The position numbers were made by a program, and so were the translations under genes. Shown here one piece after another: positions 61,445 through 64,000 of a stretch of DNA of 64,000 nucleotides. The notes beneath the pieces are model-generated. The model saw only the letters and a program-made list of their open reading frames with translations. It ran no database searches and was not told the DNA's origin. The stretch's first letter is position 1. Each line of letters begins with the position of its first letter. The stretch comes from Amoebidium appalachense (lineage: Eukaryota; Protista; Ichthyosporea), in the NCBI GenBank assembly GCA_963693365.1, contig CAVNZM010000022.1, positions 1 through 64,000 on the forward strand. The letters run 5' to 3'.

Positions 61445-62302
61445 TTAGGCAAATAGGCGCGTGATGCTGTTGGTCGGGACACACAGCTTGCCGGTGGGTC
61501 GGGCAGTGACGTCAGCCACGAATCTGGGCGCGATGATTGGCTTCACTTCCGGCTCTGGAATGTGTGGCTCCATCAACACCTCGAAGTCTTGCACCATGCT
61601 TGGGTCGGTCCAGCCACGTGCCTGTGTGCAGTAAACACGCCAATGGGCTCTCGCCACGTGCACGGCCTCCGTGTAGTCGGTGTATGTGCCGATCTTGTGG
61701 TATTGCCCTTTCTTGTGCGCCATTGGAAACCTCACCTCGAAATAACCTTCGCGGGTGTTAACGAACCGGCATGGCTGCCCTGCGATTCGTTTCTTGAGTT
61801 GGTTGTACTCAGTCGGCCGTATGCAGAGATTGGTCCGTCGGTTGTCGGCTTTTGATTGGTTTCGGTGATCGATCTGTAAGCCGCCACTTGTGGTGATAAG
61901 GCCTTGGAAATAGCACACCAGTTGATGAGCCGTTGGTGCCTCTGTTTCGTGTTGGTTCCACCCGGGCAGGTACAGCCGCAGATAGCCTCCACTGCTACAT
62001 ACCCATCCCACACGTGTCGCCCATGCCATGTCCTCTTCAGAGAAACGCCAATCGCACCCATCCATGTGTATCTTATCAGCACCCACTACCTGCATCTCAT
62101 TGGCTTCACTCCACGTGTGCATCACCGGCTCGTCATCCTTATCGTACCAGTACAGTCCGAATCCACCGCCCTTTGCCCTGTTGGCTTCATACCATGAAAT
62201 TAACTGGCTGGGCTCGTATATGCATAGAGCCACCAGAAATTTACACCATTGCGGTGCTTTGTGTATATTGTCGTTGTTCACTACCTGCTGCACTGGCAAC
62301 AT
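61445..62302 (-). CDS. HNH homing endonuclease with AP2-like C-terminal domain
   Basis: TAHQLV...QIDHRNQSKADNRRTNL; then YFEVRF...YHKIGTYTDYTEAVHVAR. Confidence 0.8.
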   Translation of the reverse strand: MLPVQQVVNNDNIHKAPQWCKFLVALCIYEPSQLISWYEANRAKGGGFGLYWYDKDDEPVMHTWSEANEMQVVGADKIHMDGCDWRFSEEDMAWATRVGWVCSSGGYLRLYLPGWNQHETEAPTAHQLVCYFQGLITTSGGLQIDHRNQSKADNRRTNLCIRPTEYNQLKKRIAGQPCRFVNTREGYFEVRFPMAHKKGQYHKIGTYTDYTEAVHVARAHWRVYCTQARGWTDPSMVQDFEVLMEPHIPEPEVKPIIAPRFVADVTARPTGKLCVPTNSITRLFA

Positions 62303-62660
62303 ATGTTATGCACACATAATATTTTCCTCACCCCACCCCGCGTGCCTCCCGTGCCTCCTGTGCCTCCTGTGCCTCCTGTGCCTCCTGTGCCTCCTGTGCA
62401 TTCCCCGTTCCCCGTTCCCCGGCCTGATCCTTAGTGTGATACTATGTCATCGCGTTTAAGAAATCTGTCTGTTGTCATTGGCCACTTACCCACTTAGAAG
62501 TGGGTAATGCTCTGTCGTTTGTTTTGTCTCCTTTTTTTTTTCTTTTTTTATTTTAAGTGGGAAAAGTGGGAAGTGGGAAATAGATTGATCGCGATCGGAT
62601 CGGAGGTGGTTTGGTGTGGTGTGATCTCAAAGTTACCAGGCCACGTGACTAGTCCAATAT

Positions 62661-62855
62661 TGGATTGGGCGATGGACTTGGTAAAGTTCGAATCGAATCG
62701 CGAAGGGAGTCTAGATACTCCCTCCCCGTCCCCCCCAGACCCCGTCCCCCCAGACCCCCGTGCACCGGGCCGGTCCGGGCGCCGTGCTCCGGGCTCCGTG
62801 CCTGGCGGCCCTTCGCGATTCGATTCGAACTTTACCAAGTCCATCGCCCAATCCA
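62661..62855. mobile_element. MITE with perfect 47-bp TIRs and a near-perfect 10-bp TSD
   Basis: TIRs at 62661-62707 and 62809-62855; flanks AGTCCAATAT (62651-62660) and AGTCCGATAT (62856-62865). Confidence 0.8.
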
Positions 62856-63218
62856 AGTCCGATATGGAGGTCCTTCATTTTCCATCTCTGACGTCATAAT
62901 CCCCTTTCATTTTCCATGCACACATATAAAGACATACCATGATATTTATTACATAATATCCGTAATAAATGCATACGATAGCATGATATTTTACTTTTTA
63001 AAATAAAAAATATATGATTTCACCTTAAAGTTTTAAAACCCACTTCGGACTGGGTTTCCATGCTTTTCCATGCGAACATCTGGAGTGCTGGCCCGAAAAG
63101 CGACCCGTCGACCCTTGTTTGCGAACATACATGATCATCAGTTTGCCCAATCGCTCGCCCATTTTCATTTGCAGGAAGGAGGCCTTGCTCTAGTCTACCA
63201 AGAAGTCGTCAGAGAAAA

Positions 63219-63692
63219 ATGACAACCCACTGGGCGCAACGGTTTTTTCAGGCCTTCACCGACAATGCAACAAATATTACCGCAGCGGTGGCCCTGTTTG
63301 GGACGTTCGGGGCTACGTTGCATTACATTGAGGCAAACCGTCAGCGCACTGCAGTTCTGGAGGAAAAGATCAGCAAGACTCAAGCGGTCTTCGAGGTCAA
63401 GGAGGTAGCTCTGGAGGAAAAGATCAGCAAGACTCAAGCGGTCTTCGAGGTCAAGGAGGTAGCTCTGAAGGAAAAGATCAGCAAGACTCAGGCGGTCTTC
63501 GAGGTTGAGCTGCGTAGTAAGGAAAAGGAAATGGCTGCCCAGAGGGAGTTGTTTGAGCACAAGCTGGAGATACAGGAGCAGAAGCACCAGAGGGAGGTGG
63601 AAGCCTTCAAGGCGTTTACGTGGGATGTTCTGGTGAAGACCGGCCTGTCTGCAGACTACCCTTTCCAGCCCCATCCCAAGGCCGGGCAGTAG
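63219..63692 (+). CDS. Membrane-anchored coiled-coil protein with 3 x 18-aa repeat
   Basis: Hydrophobic ITAAVALFGTFGATL; LEEKISKTQAVFEV three times (54-bp unit). Confidence 0.6.
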   Translation: MTTHWAQRFFQAFTDNATNITAAVALFGTFGATLHYIEANRQRTAVLEEKISKTQAVFEVKEVALEEKISKTQAVFEVKEVALKEKISKTQAVFEVELRSKEKEMAAQRELFEHKLEIQEQKHQREVEAFKAFTWDVLVKTGLSADYPFQPHPKAGQ

Positions 63693-64000
63693 ATGCTTGG
63701 TCAGAGGTCCTCGTAAGAAGTTGTTATGGTTGAGTTACTTCCGGCGTCTTTGAGCCTGGGCATGCAGCAAACTCGTTTTAGATATATTTGTTCGCTGTTA
63801 GGAAACTGATTTTTTGAAGGTTGTTTATGAGATTGTGGCATAGGTTGATGATGTACAAGTCCAGTTGTAAGACATGCAAAGTGGATATGAGTGAAGGTCA
63901 GTGAAAGCGCTTGCAGGGCCCAGGTGGCAATAGCTAGCCGTTTATTTGAGTGAAGCAAGGGACACCGTTTTTTTTGAATTTTTAGTCGGAGCCGTAAGCT

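Overview
This window looks like a segment of a large eukaryotic dsDNA virus genome (Nucleocytoviricota-like), probably endogenised in a eukaryotic host. No database search could be run, so all family calls come from motifs read by eye. Viral markers are a PCNA, a penton/minor-capsid-like gene, a P11-like minor capsid gene, a DUF5760-like protein, a YqaJ exonuclease, three D5/SF3-type helicases, several KilA-N proteins, a Vps62-like protein, patatin, Fic, MYND and C2H2 zinc-finger proteins, a spastin/katanin-type AAA ATPase and an HNH-AP2 endonuclease. No major capsid protein, DNA polymerase, RNA polymerase, tRNA, rRNA or CRISPR was seen. Signs of a host-genome setting are a copia-type LTR element inserted with a 5-bp TSD into the penton-like gene, a MITE, and several nonsense or frameshift lesions (some may be sequencing error). 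Intergenic regions are rich in CCAAT, E2F and CRE motifs and in large tandem arrays. The best candidate for a new system is at 30131-35920: a C5 DNA methyltransferase faces a Z1-like SF2 helicase, and the [MTase variable region + helicase C-terminal tip] module is tandemly duplicated in two divergent versions between identical recombination arms, resembling a switchable restriction-modification-like specificity cassette. A second candidate is a convergent 7TM-receptor-like + RGS gene pair at 11037-12203.
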